A DNA stretch of 64,000 nucleotides from Macrostomum hystrix (lineage: Eukaryota > Animalia > Platyhelminthes). Within the stretch, counting starts at the first letter, position 1; each line of letters opens with the position of its first letter. The notes beneath the pieces are model-generated. The model worked only from the letters and a program-made list of their open reading frames with translations, was not told the DNA's origin and searched no databases. Where the stretch lies: assembly GCA_950097015.1 (NCBI GenBank), contig CATNEN010000003.1:496001-560000 (forward strand). Direction: 5' to 3'. Position numbers and translations under genes: made by a program. Below are positions 49,601 through 61,900 of the stretch, in pieces.

Positions 49601-52600
49601 GATATTTGAAAGATAGGGATACATATTTGAGGGATAGGGATAGATATATGAGAGACAGGGATAGATATTTGAGTGACAGGGGTGGATATATGAGATGGAT
49701 AGTGATCAGAGATCAGTAAAAGGATATCATCGCTATTTGTTTGTAAAGGCTGAGCAGTTTGACCTTATCATGGGCAGATAACGAGGCACGCTGTCAATTG
49801 ATTTGAGTAGCTCAGCATGTTGATAGGTAAAGCAAAGCTAGTGCTTACTTAAAACAAACAATAATAAAAAAAATCCGTTTCATTCCTCGACTATTCAGTT
49901 CATGGACAGATTTAGTATCGAACAAAACCCACAGATAATGAATAATTAATAAATAAAGAGCAACTCATTGCGATTTAAAAGCTCAGAGCTACATTTGCAA
50001 TTTTTTGTCTAGACAAATTATCAATTAAGCAGTCGTGCTCTTACAGAATTAAGGCCATCCGCGTGCTTTTTTGATTGTTTCAAAAACTCTTTGTTTAGAA
50101 TCATTGTCTTTGTCTTGCACTCGGCATTGAAAGTCAAAGCTGTGAGGCGACTGGCTATAAATAAAACCAAATTTATGAGCACATTCAGACAAGAAAGTTT
50201 CCAACAGCCTGAGAGTATTCCATTATTCTGAAATTCCTCTCTATTTTCGAGCTGAAATCCTCGGCCACAAGGTCACTACAACATCCTTATCTCGAATAGA
50301 TGATCCCAACCATGCAGATCCCAATCTCACATCGTTAATCTCCTGACCATGCAGATCCCAATCTCTAATCGATAATCCCTAACCATGCAGATCCCAATCT
50401 CAAATCGTTAATCCCCTGACCATGCAGATCCCAATCTCTAATCGATAATCCCCTGACCATGCAGATCCCAATCTCTAATCGATAATCCCCTGACCATGCA
50501 GATCCCAATCTCAAATCGTTAATCTCCTGACCATGCAGATCCCAATCTCTAATCGATAATCCCTAACCATGCAGATCCCAATCTCAAATCGTTAATCCCC
50601 TGACCATGCAGATCCCAATCTCTAATCGATAATCCCCTGACCATGCAGATCCCAATCTCAAATCGATAATCTCCTGACCATGCAGATCCCAATCTCTAAT
50701 CGATAATCCCCTGACCATGCAGATCACAATCTCAAATCGATAATCCCTAACCATGCAGATCCCAATCTCAAATCGTTAATCCCCTGACCATGCAGATCCC
50801 AATCTCTAATCGATAATCCCTAACCATGCAGATCCCAATCTCTAATCGATAATCCCTAACCATGAAGATCCCAATCTCAAATCGTTAATCCCCTGACCAT
50901 GCAGATCCCAATCTCTAATCGATAATCCCTAACCATGCAGATCCCAATCTCTAATCGATAATCCCTAACCATGCAGATCCCAATCTCTAATCGATAATCC
51001 CTAACCATGCAGATCCCAATCTCAAATCGTTAATCCCCTGACCATGCAGATCCCAATCTCTAATCGATAATCCCCTGACCATGCAGATCCCAATCTCAAA
51101 TCGATAATCTCCTGACCATGCAGATCCCAATCTCTAATCGATAATCCCCTGACCATGCAGATCACAATCTCAAATCGATAATCTCCTGACCATGCAGATC
51201 CCAATCTCAAATCGTAAATCCCCTGACCATGCAGATCCCAATCTCTAATCGATAATCCCTAACCATGAAGATCCCAATCTCAAATCGTTAATCCCCTGAC
51301 CATGCAGATCCCAATCTCTAATCGATAATCCCTAACCATGCAGATCCCAATCTCAAATCGTTAATCCCCTGACCATGCAGATCCCAATCTCTAATCGATA
51401 ATCCCCTGACCATGCAGGTCCCAATCTCAAATCGTTAATCCCCTGACCATGCAGATCCCAATCTTTAATCGATAATCTCCTGACCATGCAGGTCCCAATC
51501 TCAAATCGTTAATCCCCTGACCATGCAGATCCCAATCTTTAATCGATAATCTCCTGACCATGCAGGTCCCAATCTCAAATCGTTAATCCCCTGACCATGC
51601 AGATCCCAATCTCTAATCGATAATCTCCTGACCATGCAGATCCCAATCTCTAATCGATAATCTCCTGACCATGCAGATCCCAATCTCTAATCGATAACCC
51701 CATTACTCTTTCAATCCAAATCTCAACCCCTTACCCAGTAGATCATCACTATTACAAATTAATAATCGCATACCTTAACCCATCATCCAAATCCTCAAAT
51801 TTACTAATGGACGGTCTTGGCCATTAGAGATTCTGCCCACAGTTTAATGCCAAAACGATTCAAAATTTGTCGTATAAATTGCTAATCAAGGTTGAAAAAG
51901 TTATCACCATGCAGGCTCAATCAATCAAACTGATGGATGGGATAAATATCCCCTCCTGCCAAGCCCAATGCTAATTAGAAATTATTATATCCATGGGCAT
52001 TTTTTAACCAATCCACTTTTGCAGCTAAAAAGTATAAATTCAGCCAATCATAAATATTGTCCCGTTCCTGTCAGGTGCTGCCATTAGGCATACAACTCTC
52101 AGGCCCGATGGGCAGCTCAAAGATCAATAATTGATCATTGCGGGCCTTGCTATGGCTACCTGGCTATGCAGCTCTAGCTCAAGAGACAACAATATGACAG
52201 AGATCTAGCAATATAAAATATCGCTAAGTTGATAAGCGAATAATCCACATGGTTTAAAAAACATGGAGTTCATTGGGCCCAAACTTATGTAGAATCTCCC
52301 ACAATACAGCTAATATGATAAATCTCTGCTTTATATCATGCTCACTACTGTGCTTCTAGCTTAATAATAATTGATTACACCTGCCCAATAGGGTCATATG
52401 TGCAGCCGACAGCACAGCCGCAGCTAATGCGCGGCGCATCTGAAGGCTGCGTACTGCTGTTCAGTCCATGGACTGGGGGGACGCCACACCCACCTTCAAT
52501 TATCCCAGCTGATGCTGGTACCCATTTAACAGCTGGGTGAACTGAAGCAATGCAGAGTTAAGTGTCTTGCTAAAGGACACAAATTGTTCCAGTGGAGACG

Positions 52601-54237
52601 GGAATCGAACCCCCGACCTTCAAGTCGTGAGTCCGACGCCCTAACCACTAGGCTACAACCTCCCTTCTTCTTAATAATGCTAATGCTTCTAGCTTAATAA
52701 TGCTAATTGGCTCAACTAATAGAAATGTGTCGCTAGAATGCAGCGACACAGAGCATATTTGTGTGACACTAAAGAAAATTGTCAAGATATGGACAAGAAT
52801 ATAAGCCGTAAGATTAAGAATCACAACATCGCTTATAGTTGAATTGGATTAAATAAGGCGGGGACTGGACTCTAGAGCGGTGTGACGTTACCGCCAATAG
52901 GACGGGGTAGGAATGTGCGGCAGAACCAACAAATAAGGATTTGGAGGGTGTGGGAGAACCATCAAAGGGATTTGGAGGGTGTGGAAGAACCATCAAAGGG
53001 ATTTGGAGGGTGCGGCAGAACCATCAAAGGGATTTGGAGGGTGTGGCAGAACCATCAAAGGGATGTGGAGGGTGTGGAAGAACAATCAAAGGGATTTGGA
53101 GGGTGTGGCAGAACCATCAAAGAACAGGGTTTGTGGGGTGTGGCAGAACCATCAAAGGGATTTGGAGGGTGTGGAAGAACCATCAAAGGGATTTGGAGGG
53201 TGCGGCAGAACCATCAAAGGGATTTGGAGGGTGTGGCAGAACCATCAAAGGGATTTGGAGGGTGTGGGAGAACCATCAAAGGGATTTGGAGGGTGCGGCA
53301 GAACCATCAAAGGGATTTGGAGGGTGTGAAAGAACCATCAAAGGGATGTGGAGGGTGTGGAAGAACAATCAAAGGGATTTGGAGGGTGTGGCAGAACCAT
53401 CAAAGAACAGGGTTTGTGGGGTGTGGCAGAACCATCAAAGGGATTTGGAGGGTGTGGAAGAACCATCAAAGGGATTTGGAGGGTGCGGCAGAACCATCAA
53501 AGGGATTTGGAGGGTGTGGCAGAACCATCAAAGGGATTTGGAGGGTGTGGCAGAACCATCAAAGAACAGGGTTAGGAGGGTGTGGCAGAGCTATTCAACG
53601 ATGAGCAGCATCAATGCAAAGGCAGTGTGACTTTTAGTTTAGCTTAAATAAAAAACTGAAAATAAGCCTTTAATAGCTTACCCGCAGATTAGATCTTGAC
53701 CTAGCCTAGTGTCATGAGCATCAGCAGCAGCGGCAGCAGCAGCAGCAGAATCGGAATTCTGTCCAGCCATGGGCAGCTGTTGTTCGTGAGAAGCCAGCGC
53801 GAACTGCAACTCAAACTGCAGCAGGTACACGATGAGTTAATAATCAATATATAATTATATTTACTTGGAGAATCAGGTGAACTCGGTGGGCGTTAGGCAG
53901 AGGGTCTATGGGAGTCTGGTAGAATTGAAGAAGGCGATGGCAAGTAGGCTATGGCAGTCTGGTAGAGTTGGGAAAGGCGATGGAAAGTAGTCTATGGCAG
54001 TCTGGTAGAGTTGGGAAAGGCGATGGAAAGTAGTCTATGGCAGTCTGGTAGAGTTGGGAAAGGCGATGGAAAGTAGTCTATGGCAGTCTGGTAGAGTTGG
54101 GGAAGGCGATGGAAAGTAGTCTATGGCAGTCTGGTAGAGTTGGGGAAGGCGATGGAAAGTAGTCTAGGAATATGGTAGAGTCGGAGAAGTTGTGTAATGC
54201 GGATTGGAATCCTCACCTGTTGCTGCTCAGTTGCCAT
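37610..54237 (-). CDS. MEIS: Meis/homothorax TALE-class homeobox protein; 12 exons: 54237-54217, 53815-53682, 49153-48970, 47773-47720, 47632-47582, 44778-44452, 44189-44033, 39696-39485, 38802-38726, 38636-38578, 38475-38347, 37851-37610
   Basis: HM domain [23 protein letters not shown]...[16 protein letters not shown]...[49 protein letters not shown] homeodomain [67 protein letters not shown]. All junctions are GT-AG and in phase; terminal exons are less certain. Confidence 0.95.
39826..40718. repeat. Minisatellite grading from a 16-bp unit to a 30-bp unit (Meis intron 7)
   Basis: GAGACAGACTGAGGGT x~10, then GAGACAGACTGGGGTGTAAAAGGCTGGGAT x~24. Confidence 0.95.
41998..43455. repeat. 32-bp (16+16) minisatellite (Meis intron 7), inverted relative to 39826-39995
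   Basis: Unit ACCCTCAGTCTGTCTC-ATCCTCAGTCAATCTC. Confidence 0.95.
44868..45510. repeat. 21-bp minisatellite (Meis intron 5)
   Basis: Unit GACAGTTTCGGGATTGGAATA. Confidence 0.93.
46371..46680. mobile_element. MITE-like element (~310 bp) with ~60-bp imperfect TIRs
   Basis: TACGATGAAA..GCATCGTCGAGATATTCAACGATTC is mirrored by GAATCGCTGAATATCTCGACGATGC..TTTCATCGTA. A related half-motif occurs at ~6757-6776. Confidence 0.6.
46709..47069. repeat. 36-bp minisatellite (~10 copies)
   Basis: Unit TGTGCCTAGATACCAGTGTGGGGGTCAGTTGACCTC. Confidence 0.94.
47855..48375. repeat. Purine-rich 16-bp minisatellite (Meis intron 3)
   Basis: Unit GAGACAGGGGAGAGAT. Confidence 0.9.
49200..49690. repeat. 21-bp minisatellite (Meis intron 2, next to the acceptor)
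   Basis: Unit GGGATAGATATATGAGGGATA. Confidence 0.92.
50303..51700. repeat. 36/37-bp minisatellite (~38 copies)
   Basis: Unit CCATGCAGATCCCAATCTCTAATCGATAATCCCCTGA. Confidence 0.96.
52362..52664 (-). mobile_element. SINE family A, full length, minus strand (Meis intron 2)
   Basis: Reverse complement of 14816-15124 with few differences. GCTTCTAGCTTAATAAT is duplicated on the flanks. Confidence 0.92.
52915..53590. repeat. 31-bp minisatellite
   Basis: Unit GAACCATCAAAGGGATTTGGAGGGTGTGGCA. Confidence 0.94.
53905..54180. repeat. 43-bp minisatellite (Meis intron 1)
   Basis: Unit GGCAGTCTGGTAGAGTTGGGAAAGGCGATGGAAAGTAGTCTAT. Confidence 0.9.
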
Positions 54238-56189
54238 TTGAATTGCAGTTAAATTCAGTCAGATCGCGGAGGTATTCAGGGCAGGTCCGAATGGGCAGTT
54301 TTTCTCTGTTCTCAATCTGAACGGCGCAAATTAACATTGGTTTCAATACTCTCAAGCACTCTTTAACGCTGACCTAACTACTGTTGTTTGATCTAGCCTC
54401 CTTAGAAGTGGTCCAAAAGAGTGTTATTATTATAAGATCGTTGTGAAGTGAAGAAGAGAGCAGACTTGGGAGACACTGTTGCAGCAAAAGCCGCAGTGGC
54501 GGAGGTTGTGTCCGCTTGTTGGCTTCAATCTTCTCAGAGAAAAAAACTATGAGAGGGAGAGAGAAACGAGAATGAGAGTGAAGGGTCACTCACAATAACT
54601 TTCTGAGTCCGTTCTCAAGTCACCAGCCACGGCATATCAGACAGAGAGAAAGATGACGGTTTAATTATAATTGACGAGAGGGACAGAGAGGAGGAGAGGA
54701 GACAGGAAAGAGGGCGCTCCACTGGAAGCAGATAGGATGGCCCTCACTCTACTGTAAAGGACTGTCAAAATTTGGCGGGCGCACGACGGGGTAAGCGTAA
54801 TAAAACGTCAAAAAATTATATACCGACAGGCAGCGCACACATTGTGGCTCTAAAACCCAATATAATATATAGAGAGTAGAGTAGAGTAGCAATGGGCAAA
54901 GCCTCGGACTGGAGTTTGGAAGTGAATGAAAGAGTGATCTCTCTTTAATGACGCGGTGTCTGCTTTGTGCTGCGCGGCTGCGGTCGCACGCGGTGGCGGC
55001 GGCTGGTCCAAAGCTAAACAGCTAAAGTGGCAACTGAGCTTCTGCTGAGGGCTGGTAAAAGAGTGGCTCTCAAAGAAAAATTAAGCTCCAGCCGACAAGC
55101 TTTCGTTTCAGCACCGGGAGGTTTAGTCTGTCTGTGTAAGCTCTAGCAGCTTAAAGTATTTGAGTCTTAGCAGGCAGTTGTGTTAAGTTTTATTGTCCAA
55201 ATACATACCGGAGTGTCCTCCAGGTCCGTCTGGTCCTGTCTGGGGTTGTAGCTTCGTTCTTCCAATAGGGGTTGGCCCTTGGGCCCACCTTGTTCCATGC
55301 GGGGCGGGGGTGGGTGACCTCCGCCCACCCCCTCCGCGCTGGCTGGAAAAGTCACCGGAGCTAAAGGAGTTGGGGTGGGGCTCAATATTAGATTGGGCCC
55401 AATAAGGCAGCCCACCGAATTAAGACTAGGGCAGGAAAAACTGCTATTTCAAATACTCACGCGTCCCTCCCTAGATAAGGCAAATCATTATCCTCGATTT
55501 ACACTGATGCCGACATCACTTCAAAGGATGGCGGAACGTTAAACAACCGCTATCTATTTTATCGGTGTTTCAATATATAGTTTTTGTTATTAAACAAAAA
55601 ATGTTGTTTTGACTAGTATTTTAAGTGCATTTGCACCCGTCTTTATTGTTTATCAAACTGTTTATTTAAAGCCAACATTGTAAAAAAGTCAGTAGTCAAA
55701 ATTTCAAAGTTTAAATTCTTACGAGCGTAAATAAAGCGTAAATACGGACTAAATAGAATTAATTAACAATGCTCCAATAAGCCAACCACAAAAAGGTTCA
55801 AACTAGGCAAACTAGGGTGCTTGAAGTGCGAACAGAGTGTTATTGACTCCTTTTCCTAATAATAATAGCTTAGAAAATAAATATGACGCAATCAGATTGA
55901 ACGTATACGTTCAATGTCAATTTCTGATTTTCAAATAGAGAAAACGAATTCGAATTACTCGGTCAAGCAGTTGTTGCATAAATTATTTTCCCTTTCTAAG
56001 CCTAGCGTAGCAAGAGACAGAAATTTCACGAAGGAAATTACACGAAGTCATTACACTGCCAAGTGTCAAATAAATTGAGATGGCTCACCTGACTAAGTAA
56101 GCTCAAAAGGCAGATTCAAAATTACTCTTAACTCGAGCAAGGCAACAACTTTAATTGTAGTATTCCTGAGATTTGTAGAAACAGTCCAG

Positions 56190-56625
56190 ACAGGGATTTG
56201 TCATGAGCACACAGACAAGACCCACAGGGATTTGTCATGAGCACACAGAATAGACTCACAGGGATTTGTCATGAGCACTCAGACAAGACCCACAGGGATT
56301 TGTCATGAACACACAGAATAGACTCACAGGGATTTGTCATGAACACACAGAATAGACTCACAATAGCTCTGCTTTGGGACAAATCCCTTAGCTCAACAAC
56401 AGGGATTTATCATGAACACACAGAAAAGACTCACTGGGGTTTAGTCATGAACACACAGACAACTCACAGGGGTTTGTCATGAACACACAGACAACTCAAA
56501 GGGGTTTAGTCATGAACACACAGACAACTCACAGGGGTTTGTCATGAACACACAGACAACTCACAGGGGTTTGTCATGAACACACAAACAAGACCCACAG
56601 GGATCTGTCATGAACACACAGAAAG
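56190..56625. repeat. ~30-34-bp minisatellite
   Basis: Unit CACAGGGATTTGTCATGAACACACAGA(ATAG)ACT. Confidence 0.88.
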
Positions 56626-57646
56626 GAAGACCCGCGCTTGGATTTGCCATTTATTAAATGGTGAGGCGTATGACGATCAAAAGCTAATGCGATTGAGACA
56701 TTCTTATCTTGCTGCTGATAGTAGAATGTATTATGTGAATGAACATTTTTTGTTTGTCCTTCAAGAAAAAAAATAAAAAAAAGATTAAGGTAGCAAAAGC
56801 ACAGACAGCCGATTACGTTCTTATCACACCTGTGTTCAACAGCCAACACATGGCAACAGTTCTGGTATTATTAAATTAACGTCAAATATAGACATTTCAA
56901 TTCAGTTCGGTTCGTGTTCAATATGTTTAAATTTAATTATTAATATTACATCGGTGATTAGAAAAAATAACTACATACATTTGTTTAAATCGTTAAGCTA
57001 ATCAGGAAAATAATAATTGAAACGAAATTTCAACATCAAAGAAGCTAGGAACAGAATGTAAAAAAACTGGTGTGCTCGTGTTTGAGTGCGATATTAGTGG
57101 CTGGCGGCAGAAATCTTGAGCACAAACCAGCAAAAGAGCAAGTTTGCGATTTTTGTTTGCTTTGTTTTGCTTCTAAGGCGAAAGAGCGATAGGCAATTGC
57201 TGCTATTGACAAGAATTATACGGAAAGCGAAGACGGACAAGTCCACAGAGGGGGTTAGGACCAGGACTGAGTCTACTCAATAATAACCATTTGCCTGATG
57301 GCAAACCATAATTGGTGCTTCTGTGAGTGGCTGATTGCAAAACATAGCCGATAAATAAACCCTACCGCTAATTGCTAAATTTATTGAGTAGAAAAATAGA
57401 ACGCTCATTTAATATGTAAAACAAAACACTCTGCAGATGATAGTAATGGAAATTCGGCGCGACAACGTCAGTAGCTAGGTTATGTTATATAATGTTAGTA
57501 AACTTGTATTGTTTCGAATTAAAAAAATTCCAAAAAATACGGACCACGCTACACTCGCAAATTATATACGTCTTAAAGATATTGTTGACATAATGCATAG
57601 AAACAACTAGCTCTATATTCTGCTATTATACTCAGCTCTATATTTC

Positions 57647-58355
57647 CTCAGATTCCCAGTCGGTCGTTACACCCATACCCTCAGATCAGATTCCCAGTCG
57701 GTCATTACACCCATACCCTCAGATTCCCAGTCGGTCATTACACCCATACCCTCAGATCAGATTCCCAGTCGGTAATTACACCCATACCCTCAGATCAGAT
57801 TCCCAGTCGGTCATTACACCCATACCCTCAGATTCCCAGTCGGTCATTACACCCATACCCTCAGATTCCCAGTCGGTCATTACACCCATACCCTCAGATT
57901 CCCAGTCGGTCATTACACCCATACCCTCAGATCAGATTCCCAGTCGGTCATTACACCCATACCCTCAGATTCCCAGTCGGTCATTACACCCATACCCTCA
58001 GATTCCCAGTCGGTCATTACACCCATACCCTCAGATTCCCAGTCGGTCATTACACCCATACCCTCAGATCAGATTCCCAGTCGGTCATTACACCCATACC
58101 CTCAGATTCCCAGTCGGTCATTACACCCATACCCTCAGATTCCCAGTCGGTCATTACACCCACACCCTCAGATTCCCAGTCGGTCATTACAACCACACCC
58201 TCAGATTCCCAGTCGGTCATTACAACCATACCCTCAGATTCCAAGTCGGTCATTACACCCACACCCTCAGATTCCAAGTCGGTCATTACACCCACACCCT
58301 CGGATTCCCAGTCGGTCATTACAACCACACCCTCAGATTCCCAGTCGGTCATTAC
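57647..58355. repeat. 33-bp minisatellite (~21 copies)
   Basis: Unit CTCAGATTCCCAGTCGGTCATTACACCCATACC. Confidence 0.95.
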
Positions 58356-58919
58356 ATAATTTCGAGAAGCCAGTAACAAAAAAAATTTGGAATGACCGCT
58401 ACTGCAACGGTAAAAAGTATTTTGAAATCTAGAATAAACAATTGCATGGATAGTCAGGCCAATCATTAACCTGAGAATCTCAGCAACCAACACACTGAAA
58501 AGTACCTGAACATTTCGAATTAATTGTTAGGACAGACACATCAGGTACAGAGAAATGTTTCTTCAAAGAAAAAGCTGACATTTTTTTAAACAAAATGTAA
58601 CCAAAATAAAAAAGAGACAAATAAAAATAGAAACTGTAGACAGACAGTTGTTAACAAGCAACAAGAAATTAATGCACGTAACACAACAGGAAAGTGTCTG
58701 TTGATTTGAATTATTCATCACGCACGCAGCAGCCTAACGCTATTTACAATAGGGAAATAATTTAACAGAATTCAACTATCTTATTCTGCATAATGTTTTA
58801 ACTGACTTCAATATGTTTTCATGGTTGTTTAATAAATTGAAATATGATTTTAGGTTCCCAATTGAAACAGAAACAAGAGCGCAACAAACACAGGCTTCGC
58901 AATCATGAGAGAGGCCATT

Positions 58920-61900
58920 TTAGTGTCGATGATGTCGATGGTGATATCGGTGATGATGGTGATGATTAGCGACGCCGCCGGAGCTGCCTCTCCGGCGCGA
59001 CTTGTGATGTCGCTGCTGGGAGGAGGACTTGCGCTTGCGCTGCTTCTTGTGATGATGCGGCTTCTGCTTTGGCTGCGACTGCTCAGCCGGTTGGTTGTGG
59101 TGACGCTTGCTGCGCTTCTGGATAATTCGGGTTAAATTGAAATGCATTTAGGCTGCTTGGATCCGATTTCTGACGAACTCAAGTTTCAATACAAATCTCA
59201 ATATTGCCATAATCGTAAAACTAGAGGTTGTAGCCTTAAGCCTGAGCGTCGGACTCACGACTTAAAGGTCGGGGGTTCGATTCACGACTCCACTAGAACA
59301 ATTTGGTGTCATTTAACAGGACACTTAACTCTGAATTGCTTCAGTTCACCCAGCTGTTAAATGGGTACCAGCATTAGCTGGGGTAATTGAGGGTGGGTGT
59401 GACGTCTCCCCAGTCCATGGACTGAACAGCTGTACGCAGCCTTCAGATGCACCGCGCATTAGCTGCGGCTGTGCTGTCGGCTGCACATCTGGCCCAATTG
59501 GGGCAGGTGTAATCAATATATTATATATTACTAGAGGTACTCGCAACTGAAAAATCTCGATAACCAACCTTGGGAGGCGTCCCATCTCGACTACTCCGAC
59601 CATCGCTGCTGCTGCTGCTGTCGCCACTGCTGCTGCTGTCGTCACTGTCAGTGCCGTTGCCATCGCCGTTTGTGACCCGACCGCGACCTTGGCCATTGGT
59701 CGGCACTTTTGCCGCGGCGGCGCCGGAGCAGCGCTCGATCCATTCGTACTCGGAGGAAGCTGGAGACGATGACGACTGGCTGCGATTGGCGCCCTCGTCG
59801 TTGATGACTTTGCGCTTCAAAGCCGAAGACAGCTGAGGCAGCTGGGAGCTCGGCGGCTGGGGCTCTGCCTTCAGCTCAGCGGTAGGCATGGAGTCTCCAG
59901 CAAGCTTCAGACAGTTGCCATTGAACAATTCGATTTTGCCACTCGTAGAAGCGGCTGTCAGGACTGTAGTTGGCGCAGGCGCCGAAGCCGCTGCGGTCAC
60001 GGTGGCTGTTGTAACGGATGACGCAGAGATCAGAACCGAACGCTGAGGATGAGGCGGCGGTGTCAGCTGCATGACCAACTGTTGCTGATGCAGCGACATC
60101 GGCACGCAGCTAAACTTGTTGCCTTCAACCTTGTGTATCTTCAGCCGAATGCAAGCCGACGGGGAGGCCGCCGCAGATGTTGACGGAGACGACGACGCTG
60201 AAGGGCTATTGGTGTTAATATGGTTGCTATGGCCATTGTTCACATAGCAACCGTTGCCGTTGGTAGTTGCTGAAGTTGACGCAGAATCAGACTGAGGCAA
60301 GCCATTCTTGGTCATGAACTGCAACAGATCTGTCTTGCTGGAGCCATTGCCGTTACTACTGCCAGCTACAGCGCCGCTGTGACCATTGTTGCGCACGATA
60401 AAAATTGGACGCGGGGTGAAGATCGGATGCGAGGCGCTAGAGCTGGAACCGCTAGCGGCTGCCGCAGAGCTCACTGGCGAAGGATTGGACGCCGAGGACA
60501 CAAGCAGACGAATGGCAGGAGTGGACGGTGCAGTTCGGTTTGTTTGCATAGGGCTAATTGGCATTGGCGGAGGCCCTGGCGCCGCAGGTTCCGCCTCAAT
60601 TGGCTTCGCTGGCAGTTCGTCAGACGGGGAACATTCGGCTGATGCTGCAGCAGCAGCAGCAGCGGCGGCGGCGGCAGCAGCGGCTCCGTTGCCATTGTTA
60701 TTGACAAGAGCGGATAGGTCAGTTCGCCTATAGAACAGGATGTAAGGACAGGAGCCTAGGACTCTGGACTCATTGATTCGTTCAACGCTAGAATCGTTGA
60801 GGCACCACCAGACTCCATTGCGCTTGGCATAGCAGTAATAGTGGCCGTATTTGGTGCTGGCTCCCTGATGAATCACCACCGAGTACAGGTCGTACAGGAC
60901 TGGCCGGCCACGCTTAGACATGTACGGCCTCATGTCCAGGCTCATTGGGAACTGTACAAATTTGGAAATCTTACTGTTGTGACCCCACTGGAATCGGTTT
61001 AGCTGAATTGTGAGAATTGGCGGGCCCACAGCGATGCTGAAACTCTTGCGGGCCGTGACCTTGGTGCGGCACTTCTCGCATTTGTAGGCGTTGGAGTCTT
61101 TCAGCAGGTCGGCTGTAACAAAACGCTGCAGACACTCAGTCAGGCTGTTGCTCTGCTGAATGCACAGGCTCAGGTCCATGAAATCGTCGAAGGTTTGTGA
61201 GTGCGCGTCGCACTTTGAGCAGATGACGGAGGATTTCAGTTTGCCGCAGAACAGAAGCCGGATGGGATTAGCGATGCGCCTGATTGGGATTTCGGGGTAG
61301 AAATGCGTTTTTTCGGACTAATATGAAACTGAATATTTGACAAGCCTGAATTCTTAATTTAATTCAGGGCGAAATACGACTGCAATGCGATGTCTACAGA
61401 GAGCTAAGAGGCCAAATTAATGAGAGTGAGAATTCTTTGACCAATTAGAGCAAAGATGCCTCCGCAAATAAAAAATGAGCCTCATACAATTCATATTTTC
61501 ATCCAAAGAGAAAAAATGCCTCATTCAATCAGAGAAAATATGCCACAACCAATCAGAGAAAAGATGCCTCATACAATCAGAGAAAAGATTCCACAACCAA
61601 TCAGAAAAAAGATGACACAACCAATCAGTAAAAGATGTCACAACGAATCAGAAAGAAGATGCCACAACCAATCAGAAAAAATGACACAACCAATCAGAAA
61701 GAAGATTCCACAACCAATCAGAAAAAGATGACACAACCAATCAGAAAAAGATGACACAACCAATCAGAGAAAAGATGCCACAACCAATCAGAGAAAAGAT
61801 GCCACAACCAATCAGAGAAAAGATGCCTTATCCAATAAGAGAAAGGATTCCCTATCTTAAAACAGCAAATATGCCTCATCCAATCGGAAAAGGTGTTCAA

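Noticed and set aside
59570-60733. Plus-strand ORFs overlapping the USP gene (similar antisense ORFs overlie RPS4, galactokinase, glutaredoxin and Meis)
   Set aside because: Antisense shadows of GC-rich coding exons.
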